From a virus: 64,000 bases of DNA. Under the pieces are notes generated by a model. It saw only the letters and a list, made by a program, of their open reading frames with translations. It was not told the DNA's origin and ran no database searches. The translations under genes were made by a program, and so were the position numbers. Shown here in pieces: positions 36,367-44,004 of the stretch (its first letter is position 1; each line of letters begins with the position of its first letter). The DNA lies in the IMG/VR virus record IMGVR_UViG_3300045988_122291, positions 1-64,000 of that record; one strand, written 5' to 3'.

Positions 36367-37083
36367 ATGCCAGATTATATTAAAGCCCCTGACGGTGCGT
36401 ATCTATTCAAAGATAATGAAGTTGAAATTATCAAGGATGAATTGGGTAGACCTATTGTAACATTTAAGTCTGCTGGCACAACTGCTGTTAAATCAGTAAA
36501 TGGCAAAACAGGTGATGTTCAGATTTCTTGTGAAGATGTTCATGCTTTGCCAGATACTACTCAGTATGTAACGCCAGATAATCTCAAGATTCTTGAAGAT
36601 ACTGTTCAAGCCTTGAATAGCGAAGTCGGAGATTGCGAAAAGAAATTAGACGGCTTCAATATTCGCGTGATTGATGTTGAAGGTGCTATCGCTTCTAAGT
36701 TGACGTTGACTGGTGGCACAATGTTGGGTAATATTGACATGAATGAACACGCTTTGATTAACGCACAAAAAATTCATGTTGATGGTACTACACCTGTGTT
36801 CATTGGTTCAGTTATTGAAAAAATTGACAAGGGTGTAAGACTAACCAGCACTACAGAAGGTGAAGCCGCATTTGTTAAGCCAAATACTCAGAATACTTAT
36901 GTTCCTGTGTTTGGTGGTGCTCCAACAAATGCAAGCCACTTAACAACCAAAACATACGTTGATAACGAAATTAGCAACATGGAATCCAAGATGGACGGAC
37001 TTGTGCCATCTTTTACCGCTGATATGGAAGGCTATGTCCTCACTATTAAAAATGGTGTACCGACTTGGGTTCAACCATCTTAA
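36367..37083 (+). CDS. tail fibre protein
   Basis: SVNGKTGDVQISCEDVHALP and LTLTGGTMLGNIDMN are motifs recurrent in phage tail fibres. The N-terminal APDGAYL...KDELGRPIV module is shared with the next ORF. Confidence 0.6.
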   Translation: MPDYIKAPDGAYLFKDNEVEIIKDELGRPIVTFKSAGTTAVKSVNGKTGDVQISCEDVHALPDTTQYVTPDNLKILEDTVQALNSEVGDCEKKLDGFNIRVIDVEGAIASKLTLTGGTMLGNIDMNEHALINAQKIHVDGTTPVFIGSVIEKIDKGVRLTSTTEGEAAFVKPNTQNTYVPVFGGAPTNASHLTTKTYVDNEISNMESKMDGLVPSFTADMEGYVLTIKNGVPTWVQPS

Positions 37084-37099
37084 TTAAAGGAGAGATTTC

Positions 37100-37300
37100 A
37101 TGCCGAAGAAACCTATAATGGCTCCTGATGGTGGCTATCTGCTCGATGGCGATGATTTTGTTATCACTAAAGACGAGTTGGGTAGACCAGTTATCAGTGT
37201 AGTAGGTGGGGCTACAGGGGATGTCAAAAAGATTGTGGAAGAACACAATGACGACCCGAACGCCCACGAAAAGATTGACCTCGATGGTGGCGAGTTGTAA
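37100..37300 (+). CDS. short fibre-like protein sharing the N-terminal module of the preceding gene
   Basis: 66 aa. MAPDGGYLLDGDDFVITKDELGRPVISVVGGATGDV parallels 36367-36530. Ends with HNDDPNAH. Confidence 0.4.
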   Translation: MPKKPIMAPDGGYLLDGDDFVITKDELGRPVISVVGGATGDVKKIVEEHNDDPNAHEKIDLDGGEL

Positions 37301-37320
37301 TTCCACCAAAAGTATGCAAA

Positions 37321-37362
37321 ATATGAGGATAACCTCATATAAATAAAAAATATATTTTTTAT
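37321..37362 (+). promoter_or_regulatory. two adjacent palindromes upstream of the fibre gene
   Basis: ATATGAGG-ataa-CCTCATAT (37321-37340) and the perfect 20-nt palindrome ATAAAAAATATATTTTTTAT (37343-37362). Role unknown (terminator or operator). Confidence 0.35.
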
Positions 37363-37380
37363 AAAAGGAGATTTTTTATT

Positions 37381-39015
37381 ATGGCTATTATTCAAATTAA
37401 GAGAACTTCTGAACTTGCCAAGATTACTGCCGCACAGCTAAAGGCTGGCGAACTTGCTGTTGTACTGGGTACTGGTGCTGACGCTGGTAAGCTGTATGTC
37501 GGTGTTGACGGCGTAGCTGGCACTGCCATTCCTGTAAAGGCTTCTGGTGCTGACATTGCTAATAAGCTGGCAAACGCTCAGAATTTCTCTATTGAAGGTG
37601 ACGTAACTGCTACTCCTGTTGCATTTGATGGCACTGGTGCTGTTGCGCTACAAGCTGTTATCGCTAACAAGGCTGTAACTAAGGCAAAGCTGGCTGATGA
37701 AGTTACCGCTTCTCTTGATAAGGCTGATTCCGCTGTACAAGAAGTTATCACTGGTAAGACCAACGGTACTATCAGCGTTGATGGCACTGACGTAGCAGTA
37801 TTTGGTCTTGGCGATGCGGCATACAAGACTGCTAAGTATTTTGAAGATGATGCTCAAACCAAGGCTGACGCTGTTAAGAATGCAGTAGTCAACACTATCA
37901 CTGCTGGCAATGGCGTTGCTGTAACTGGCACTGCTACTGAAAAGACCGTTGCGGTTGTTGTTGACCCGACTTCTGACGAGCATCTAACTGTTGGTGCTGA
38001 CGGTCTAAAGCTGACCCTACCTGCCGCTGACGAGTATAGTGTTGTTAAGGACGCTGACGCAGGTGAGTTCTCTGCTGTTTACCACCTGACCAAGAATGGT
38101 GCTAATGTTGGTGCGGCAATCAACATTCCTAAGGACTTGTTCGTTAAGTCTGGTGAAGTTGTTGTAAATCCAGAAGATCAACCTGCTGGCACTTACATTA
38201 AGCTGACCCTACAGAACCAAGAAGCACCTCTCTACATCAATGTTGCTACTCTAATTGACGCTTACACTGGTGTTGATGGTGACGAGATTACTGTTACCGT
38301 ATCTGAGGATAACAAGATTTCCGCAGTTATTAAGAACGGTACTATCGCTCTTGGTAAGCTGGTTCAAGGCGTACAAGACTCTATTGGTAAGGCTGACACT
38401 GCACTACAGAAGGCTGACATTGCAGAAGGCGCTACCAACGGTACTATTGCTGTAAAGGGCACTGACGTTGCTGTACACGGTCTAAAGGATGCGGCTTATT
38501 CAACTGTTACAGACCTGAACAAGCACGCTGATGACGCTGTTGACGCTCTAAAGGGTACTGAAGCTGATGCTACTACCGCTATCACTGTTTACGGTGCTCG
38601 TGCTCTGGCACAAAAGGGCGTAGACGATGCCGCTTCTGCAAAGGCTGAAGCTGACAAGAAGGTTGCTTCTGTAACTGCTGAAGATAAGTCTATCGTTGTT
38701 GGCGGTACTGCTACTGCTCCTACCGTTAAGGTTGGCGTATCTACTACCGAAGGCAATGCTCTAACTCTGGACGCTAACGGTCTATTCGTAGCTACTCCTT
38801 CTTCTATGGTTGCTGGCAACGGTATTACCATTGAGAACAACACTGTATCTGCAAAGGTAGTTGCCGCTAACGGTCTATCTGTTGATGCTTCTGGTATCAA
38901 GATGGCTCTTGGCTCTGCTACCACCGCTGGTGCTGTTAAGGGTTCTTCTGAAATTGCTATTGGTGCTGACGGTGCTATGACCGTAGATGTAATCGACTGC
39001 GGTTCTTTGGACTAA
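37381..39015 (+). CDS. abundant fibre / decoration-type structural protein
   Basis: N-terminus IQIKRTSELAKITAAQLKAGELAVVLGT...KLYVGVDG resembles the IQxxRG...GE......G..G fibre N-terminal module. Internal duplication (NGTISVDGTDVAVFGLGDAAYKT / NGTIAVKGTDVAVHGLKDAAYST). Strong capsid-like codon bias. Confidence 0.6.
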   Translation: MAIIQIKRTSELAKITAAQLKAGELAVVLGTGADAGKLYVGVDGVAGTAIPVKASGADIANKLANAQNFSIEGDVTATPVAFDGTGAVALQAVIANKAVTKAKLADEVTASLDKADSAVQEVITGKTNGTISVDGTDVAVFGLGDAAYKTAKYFEDDAQTKADAVKNAVVNTITAGNGVAVTGTATEKTVAVVVDPTSDEHLTVGADGLKLTLPAADEYSVVKDADAGEFSAVYHLTKNGANVGAAINIPKDLFVKSGEVVVNPEDQPAGTYIKLTLQNQEAPLYINVATLIDAYTGVDGDEITVTVSEDNKISAVIKNGTIALGKLVQGVQDSIGKADTALQKADIAEGATNGTIAVKGTDVAVHGLKDAAYSTVTDLNKHADDAVDALKGTEADATTAITVYGARALAQKGVDDAASAKAEADKKVASVTAEDKSIVVGGTATAPTVKVGVSTTEGNALTLDANGLFVATPSSMVAGNGITIENNTVSAKVVAANGLSVDASGIKMALGSATTAGAVKGSSEIAIGADGAMTVDVIDCGSLD

Positions 39016-39033
39016 GATTAGTCAAAATTCCTA

Positions 39034-39062
39034 TTGACATTTCACAAATAGTGTGATACAAT
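39034..39062 (+). promoter_or_regulatory. consensus sigma-70 promoter with extended -10
   Basis: TTGACA 39034-39039, 17-nt spacer ending TGA, TACAAT 39057-39062. Confidence 0.55.
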
Positions 39063-39064
39063 TA

Positions 39065-39098
39065 AGGGAGAGGGAAATATCCTTTCTCCCTATTTTTT
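39065..39098 (+). terminator. Rho-independent terminator immediately downstream of the promoter
   Basis: AGGGAGAGGG-aaatat-CCTTTCTCCCT followed by A-T6. The 3' arm plus T-tract is identical over 17 nt to the terminator at 18626-18642. Confidence 0.65.
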
Positions 39099-39122
39099 AC
39101 GAAAAGGAGGTTTGAGTCAGAG

Positions 39123-39779
39123 ATGCGAATAATTCTAAACGGTCGTGACGTATCGTACATTAACAATGACCGTGTTGTTGGCTTTGAAACAGACAATGAT
39201 GTGAATGAGTTCATTTGCGTTGTAGAAGATTCTATACCTACGCCAGCTTGGGGATATAAACTTGATGTTAAAGCCAAATTGGGTAACAAGATATTCTACA
39301 ACACAATTAACTTGACCAAGAGTAAAGACGCAGATAATGAGTATAGTGTTTTGCTTGGAGCGAATATGCTACCGCAAGGCAAATGTTTATGTAATATTCG
39401 CCGTATTTCGGGCAAAAAGGTCTATAACTCAGATGTGTTTGAAATGTGGGTTAAGAAGCCTGTACTTAGTTATTGTGGTGCATATCAGGAAGATGGATTT
39501 ATCCCCAGCGAGTTCTTTCAAATTGAGCAAAGAATGGACGAAATAAATAATCATCCTCCTGTCCCTGACGCAAGCGGATACTGGAAAATCTGGAATGCTG
39601 ATAAAGGCGAATATGAAATTTCAGATATTCCTTCTTCTGGTGGAACAGTATCTTTTATTGCTGGTGACGGTCTTGATATTCAAGATAACAAAATTTCAAT
39701 TAAAACAGATAAAAAGTCTATTTCCGTCAATGAAGATAACGAGATTTACGTTAATGGCATTGACGGTGATATTTTGTAA
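39123..39779 (+). CDS. fibre-region structural protein
   Basis: 218-aa ORF with RBS AAGGAGG. C-terminal GGTVSFIAGDGLDIQDNKISIK beta-repeat style. Confidence 0.5.
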   Translation: MRIILNGRDVSYINNDRVVGFETDNDVNEFICVVEDSIPTPAWGYKLDVKAKLGNKIFYNTINLTKSKDADNEYSVLLGANMLPQGKCLCNIRRISGKKVYNSDVFEMWVKKPVLSYCGAYQEDGFIPSEFFQIEQRMDEINNHPPVPDASGYWKIWNADKGEYEISDIPSSGGTVSFIAGDGLDIQDNKISIKTDKKSISVNEDNEIYVNGIDGDIL

Positions 39780-39794
39780 GAAAGGAGATTATTT

Positions 39795-40448
39795 ATGGCG
39801 AAGAAAATTCAACTACTTCGCGGCAAAGAAGTTAAACTAAAATCTGCTACTAACCCTTCTGGTTATGTGCTTTCTGATGGCGAATTTTGTGTAGATACTA
39901 CTCAGCATAAAGTTTTTGTTGGTGATGCTAACGCTACACCAGATGGGCGTTTTGCATTAACTAATGAATCTGATGTTAAAGCACTACAAACTGAAGTCGA
40001 AAATGTTGCGCAAGATGTTGCAGATATTCAGCTTGATTACGCTAAAACTGCCAGTGGTAATACTATTACCGCTAATAGCGTTGCTGTCGGCAATGCAGAA
40101 GGTAAACTAACTGGTGTAAATGGCACAAATGGACAAGTAATGGGGTTTGGCGAGAATGGTGTTCCTCAAGCAATGAACATTTCTATGCCTGTTCCTGCTT
40201 ATAATCATGTAGCTTCTGCTACTATTCCCGCTACTGGTACTTCACCTGTTTCTGTAAGTATTCCGGGTATGCCAGCAGATTGTAATTGCTTTTTGTGTAT
40301 GCCAGCGTTTACAGAGTGGACTTCTCAGCCTCGTAACTGGAATAGATTGGTTGGTGTTGTAACTGATAACACAGCAGGTCGTATTCTTTTTCATCACACA
40401 AACTCTATTGATGTTGCAATTCCTTTTGTGGTCTTTTGGACTGCATAA
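39795..40448 (+). CDS. fibre protein with IQLLRG-type N-terminal module
   Basis: KKIQLLRGKEVKLKSATNPSGYVLSDGEFCVDTTQHKVFVGDAN matches the IQLRRG...L..GE...D.....K.GDG fibre N-terminus. Confidence 0.5.
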   Translation: MAKKIQLLRGKEVKLKSATNPSGYVLSDGEFCVDTTQHKVFVGDANATPDGRFALTNESDVKALQTEVENVAQDVADIQLDYAKTASGNTITANSVAVGNAEGKLTGVNGTNGQVMGFGENGVPQAMNISMPVPAYNHVASATIPATGTSPVSVSIPGMPADCNCFLCMPAFTEWTSQPRNWNRLVGVVTDNTAGRILFHHTNSIDVAIPFVVFWTA

Positions 40449-40456
40449 TAAATAAT

Positions 40457-40492
40457 AGGGAAGATAGTTAATTCTATCTTCCCTATTTTTTT
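40457..40492. terminator. bidirectional Rho-independent terminator at the convergence of the two arms
   Basis: Perfect 11-bp stem AGGGAAGATAG / CTATCTTCCCT with a 6-nt loop and T7 downstream. A/T-rich upstream flank, so the opposite strand also sees a T-rich tail. Confidence 0.75.
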
Positions 40493-40494
40493 CG

Positions 40495-40533
40495 ATTGTT
40501 ACTTTTAGACGGTAATTGTTACTTTAGACGGTA
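40495..40533. repeat. tandem direct repeat (20 nt + 19 nt)
   Basis: ATTGTTACTTTTAGACGGTA followed by ATTGTTACTTTAGACGGTA. The second copy contains the stop and last codons of the minus-strand gene ending at 40519. Confidence 0.85.
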
Positions 40534-41076
40534 TAGAGTATTTTCAATTTCTGACCATGACGCATAAGGATAAAGATTATATTTGTTATCTTTATTCCAC
40601 GGCTGACCAAATAATAAGCCCAATCTGCGAGGGCTTGAAGCCATAATCCATTTATAGACATTCTCGGCACAATCGTCAATAAGAACATCACCTTGTACCA
40701 GTTCTTTATGCTGTGTGATGACAATGTGGTCGTTAAGCCACTGTCCTGTAACATCTAATAAGTCTTTCAGACAGTACATTTTTTCACCAAGAGCAAGATT
40801 GAACACATAGGATGCAGTAACAAAGTAAATTTCGTGATTTTGATTAAGCAGATTAAAAGCGTTTTTAGCATCGTCAATTAACGTAACTTCATTGTGCCAA
40901 AACGTGACATCTTTAAGTTCAGCCCAAGGGTTAATATTCCTATATACGTTTTCAAACCAATGATAATGCGTTATGTTTTCAAGAGTATATCTTGTGCCAT
41001 AACGATTGTTAAGACGCTTGAGTAATGCTTCTTGAGTATTAAGTATTACGCCGTCTACATCAATTAAGATTCTCAT
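40519..41076 (-). CDS. 5'(3')-deoxyribonucleotidase, HAD superfamily (NT5C-like)
   Basis: N-terminal MRILIDVDGVILNT (DxDxV/T nucleophile motif). Size 185 aa. Overall pattern resembles NT5C-type phage nucleotidases. Confidence 0.6.
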   Translation of the reverse strand: MRILIDVDGVILNTQEALLKRLNNRYGTRYTLENITHYHWFENVYRNINPWAELKDVTFWHNEVTLIDDAKNAFNLLNQNHEIYFVTASYVFNLALGEKMYCLKDLLDVTGQWLNDHIVITQHKELVQGDVLIDDCAENVYKWIMASSPRRLGLLFGQPWNKDNKYNLYPYASWSEIENTLYRLK

Positions 41077-41085
41077 GGATAATAT

Positions 41086-41283
41086 TCACCTTTTTTCTAT
41101 AAAATAATGCGGGCAATCTTCACAGCCTTCGCTTCTGCTGTTGCACCAACCGAAGATAGCATTGCCGTGATATTCCATGCTTTTATAGCATTGAGCAAGT
41201 GAATGTTGTAATTTTACGTTTTCAATAAATTCACTTATCCACTTACGAATCTTCATTCTCGTCAACTCCGAACATCTGACCAT
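41086..41283 (-). CDS. hypothetical small Cys-containing protein
   Basis: 65-aa ORF. The start may be the internal ATG at 41256. Confidence 0.35.
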   Translation of the reverse strand: MVRCSELTRMKIRKWISEFIENVKLQHSLAQCYKSMEYHGNAIFGWCNSRSEGCEDCPHYFIEKR

Positions 41284-41971
41284 ACCAGCCTTCTTCAGTG
41301 AAAGCTAATTTATTGTTATTATCAGTGATTACCTTGGGGTCATCTGGGTCAGTCATGTCCCAGTAATCAAATGCTACATTGCAATTAAGGCAAGCAATAG
41401 CAGTATCTACCTTTGCGTTTACCTTTACGCCACAGCAAGGGCAAATATAAGACTTCTTCTGTGCGGGATTGACTTCTGGGAAAGTAGTGTTGCGAGTATA
41501 GTCGCAGATATGCGGGTCTACAATGCCATCGTCAATAAGGGACTGAATGAAGTCGCAGAAAGTGGGAGTTGCTTCGGTATGACCCCAACCAATACCTTGC
41601 GCCTTGTCACAGATAAGGTCACGGGATTCACATTCCTTCTTGAACTTTGCGTTATGGGACTTACCTCTGCAATCAATGATATGGTTGACCTTGCAATACA
41701 GATGAATCATTTCGTGCATAAGGGTTTCAGCAGTCTGATAGATACCGTCACCAAGACGTTCACCAGCAATACTAATTTCATACTTAATGTCGGTATCATC
41801 ATTGACATTGACATAAGTGTCGTCCCAGAAACATCCTGCAAGGTTATTACCATTCTTCTTTGCGCCTACAGTAAGGGTGATATAGGGCTGTGGGAGAGCG
41901 GATTCAAAATAATGCTCATTAAGGTGTTGGAATAAGGTTTCAAGATTCTTAATTACTTCATAGCTTGTCAT
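41243..41971 (-). CDS. SprT-like zinc metalloprotease domain protein with zinc ribbon
   Basis: HEMIH (HExxH) within TAETLMHEMIHLYC, plus CPCCG...CLNC ribbon. Confidence 0.65.
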   Translation of the reverse strand: MTSYEVIKNLETLFQHLNEHYFESALPQPYITLTVGAKKNGNNLAGCFWDDTYVNVNDDTDIKYEISIAGERLGDGIYQTAETLMHEMIHLYCKVNHIIDCRGKSHNAKFKKECESRDLICDKAQGIGWGHTEATPTFCDFIQSLIDDGIVDPHICDYTRNTTFPEVNPAQKKSYICPCCGVKVNAKVDTAIACLNCNVAFDYWDMTDPDDPKVITDNNNKLAFTEEGWYGQMFGVDENEDS

Positions 41972-41983
41972 GGTTATTCTCCT

Positions 41984-42379
41984 TTAATCATTAGAAGTGA
42001 TGGTTACGGGTGCAATCATTTCTGGCAGGAAGTTGACTTCGTAGTGATACTTGTCAACGTAAGCACCACTTACATCTTCGACAACGTAAATCGTCCAATC
42101 GTTAAGATATACAAGGTGCTTTTTGTAAATGCCCTTTCCAATTTCTACCGTGACTTCAAGTTCGTTGGTATTGTTGTTTGCAATAGCGAAGTTGCCAATA
42201 AGTTCAAACACAGGCTTGTCGGTACGAGCGTTAATGACTTCAAGCCTACGAGTTACGTTAAAATTATCGGCTTCTTTTGAAATGTTGTATGCAACGCGGG
42301 TACTCTGACGACCACAACCAGAAGCACATAGAAGGGTTACACCAGCTAATGCGCCAGCAATTACACGTTTGAGATTCAT
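41984..42379 (-). CDS. putative lipoprotein
   Basis: Start moved to the ATG 7 nt after AAGGA. MNLKRVIAGALAGVTLLCASGCGRQ gives a signal peptide plus a lipobox (L-x-x-C). Confidence 0.6.
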   Translation of the reverse strand: MNLKRVIAGALAGVTLLCASGCGRQSTRVAYNISKEADNFNVTRRLEVINARTDKPVFELIGNFAIANNNTNELEVTVEIGKGIYKKHLVYLNDWTIYVVEDVSGAYVDKYHYEVNFLPEMIAPVTITSND

Positions 42380-42408
42380 ATAGATTTCCTTTCGTTTAGG
42401 GGAGCGGT

Positions 42409-42678
42409 TCATTCCGTTCCCCTGTTTTTTTCATCGTCATCATTGAACTCTGATAGAAGCCCATCGTCAAATCCATCATACCAACCTTTTTCATAAAAGA
42501 TTTCAGCTTGAGCAATGAATGTGGATAGCAGATTCATAAAGAGTGCTACTGTTTCTTGGTCATTCTCAAACGTCATGCCAAATAGTGACGCTTCTTTATC
42601 TGGAAGGTCGGTATCAACAAGTTTAATGACAGCGTAACCAGAGTTGTTATAATTGAAATGCAGTGTGGGATAAATCAT
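42409..42678 (-). CDS. hypothetical acidic protein
   Basis: 89-aa ORF in operon. Confidence 0.45.
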   Translation of the reverse strand: MIYPTLHFNYNNSGYAVIKLVDTDLPDKEASLFGMTFENDQETVALFMNLLSTFIAQAEIFYEKGWYDGFDDGLLSEFNDDDEKNRGTE

Positions 42679-42689
42679 GGTTCATGCGC

Positions 42690-43262
42690 TTATTTGCCAG
42701 TAGAACCCAGTCCACCATTTCCTCTTGCTGTATCGCTCAGATTCTTTACTTCGTTGAAATCAATCTGCTGGTATCTGCGAAGTTCCATCTGTGCAATACG
42801 GTCGCCCTTGGCAATGGTAAAATCTGTGCCAGAAGTATTGAGAAGAATTACCTTAATCTCTCCACGATAATCTTCGTCAATTTCACCGCCTACAGTAATA
42901 ATGCCCTTGCTTGCAAGACCAGAGCGAGAACGAATCTTGAGCATGAAGCCTTCTGGCGGTTCGCAAGCAATGCCAGTGCCAATAACTGCGGTAGTGCCAA
43001 CGGGAACAATCTTATCTTCAACAGCATAAAGGTCACACAGACCAGCCTTTGCGCTACCGTACTTAGGGATAATAGCGTCCTCGTTCATCTTCTTAATCTT
43101 TACCTTGACCTTTGCCTTGGTAAACATCTCAAAGGTCTGCGCGGTCATCATCTGTACGAACTGGGGAAGGTCTACTTGCATAGATTGACCGATTGGTGGT
43201 TCACCACCCATTCGTTTGGGGTCGAAGTTTGGGGTTGCTTGATTGGGTAGAATGATTGACAT
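42690..43262 (-). CDS. dut: dUTPase (trimeric type) with about 55-aa N-terminal extension
   Basis: AIIPKYGSAKAGLCDLYA, RSGLASKG, GGEIDEDYRGEI and GGLGSTGK correspond to dUTPase motifs I-V. RBS AAGGAGG. Confidence 0.8.
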   Translation of the reverse strand: MSIILPNQATPNFDPKRMGGEPPIGQSMQVDLPQFVQMMTAQTFEMFTKAKVKVKIKKMNEDAIIPKYGSAKAGLCDLYAVEDKIVPVGTTAVIGTGIACEPPEGFMLKIRSRSGLASKGIITVGGEIDEDYRGEIKVILLNTSGTDFTIAKGDRIAQMELRRYQQIDFNEVKNLSDTARGNGGLGSTGK

Positions 43263-43295
43263 AATGATTCCTCCTTAAATTTAGATACATAAAAG

Positions 43296-43363
43296 AATAA
43301 GTGTGTACTAATTGTCTTTCCTTAGTACACACTTATTGTATCATGCTATTTAGTTCTTGTCAA
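43296..43363 (-). promoter_or_regulatory. promoter abutting a terminator hairpin (thyX-like / dut junction)
   Basis: Minus strand: TTGACA (43363-43358), 17-nt spacer ending TGA, TACAAT (43340-43335). A perfect 16-bp inverted repeat follows (43337-43322 / 43311-43296, 10-nt loop), then TCTTTTA. Confidence 0.55.
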
Positions 43364-43991
43364 TAGTTACTTCGTAAAAATCTTTCAAATAAGGGATTTT
43401 TTCGAGCATGGTGGAAACGAATACGCGCCACTCTGGAAGTCGATGATTTGCTCTCTGCTTACACATATTAAGTAGAGTTTCAAGGGAGCAATCATAGGTG
43501 TAGCGAATCATGTAACCACTGGGGAGCATATTGCGAATCTCTTGGAAAATAATTGGGTCTTTAGTATCAAGATAAATTTCACGCAGACGGTTAAGTTCCT
43601 TTAGAGTGCCGTCCCACCAAGCCTTATGTTCTGGGTCTTGATAGCACATTTCTTCAAAGCTAAAGTCCACAAGTTCAAATTCTTCAGAAGTGCCCTTGTG
43701 CATGAAACTGCATGAGTTACGAGCAGTGGCGACTTTGTAGGTGTCTTTTTCTGCACAGAAATAAGACGGCGCTACAATATCCATCTGAACGTGAATAAAG
43801 CGTAGGAACTTACGATGTTCTGTACCAGCCTTTACAAGACGTTTTGCAAGGTTAAGGTCAGCTTCACCAAGAGAGAATGTACCGTCTGGGTAAAAGAAGC
43901 TGTCTGACTTAGCCCATGAGTTGAGAGGATTTCGCATACCTCTAAAAGCGCCTTCCCAGCCGTAAGTTTGGATGTTATCAATTTTAATCAT
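43350..43991 (-). CDS. ThyX-like (flavin-dependent thymidylate synthase fold) protein with non-canonical motifs
   Basis: Start moved to the ATG after AAGGAGG (MIKIDNIQTYGWEG...). GTEHRKFLRFIHVQMDIVAPSYF and QRANHRLPEW align by eye to ThyX helices, but no RHR / SxRY motif is present. Confidence 0.4.
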   Translation of the reverse strand: MIKIDNIQTYGWEGAFRGMRNPLNSWAKSDSFFYPDGTFSLGEADLNLAKRLVKAGTEHRKFLRFIHVQMDIVAPSYFCAEKDTYKVATARNSCSFMHKGTSEEFELVDFSFEEMCYQDPEHKAWWDGTLKELNRLREIYLDTKDPIIFQEIRNMLPSGYMIRYTYDCSLETLLNMCKQRANHRLPEWRVFVSTMLEKIPYLKDFYEVTIDKN

Positions 43992-44004
43992 TGGGGATTC
44001 CTCC

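Noticed and set aside
37381-39015. Higher-GC fibre gene as a recent horizontal acquisition
   Set aside because: The same compositional and codon shift is shared by the capsid, tail tube and decoration-like genes. It fits expression-level codon bias better than foreign origin.
37381-40448. Diversity-generating retroelement targeting the fibre genes (the IQxxRG-type N-termini recall Mtd-like proteins)
   Set aside because: No reverse transcriptase ORF and no template/variable repeat pair with adenine-specific mismatches was seen anywhere in the window.
42663-43250. 195-aa plus-strand ORF covering the dUTPase gene
   Set aside because: The minus-strand frame carries all five dUTPase motifs and a strong RBS. 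The plus-strand product has no motif and would run against the operon direction.
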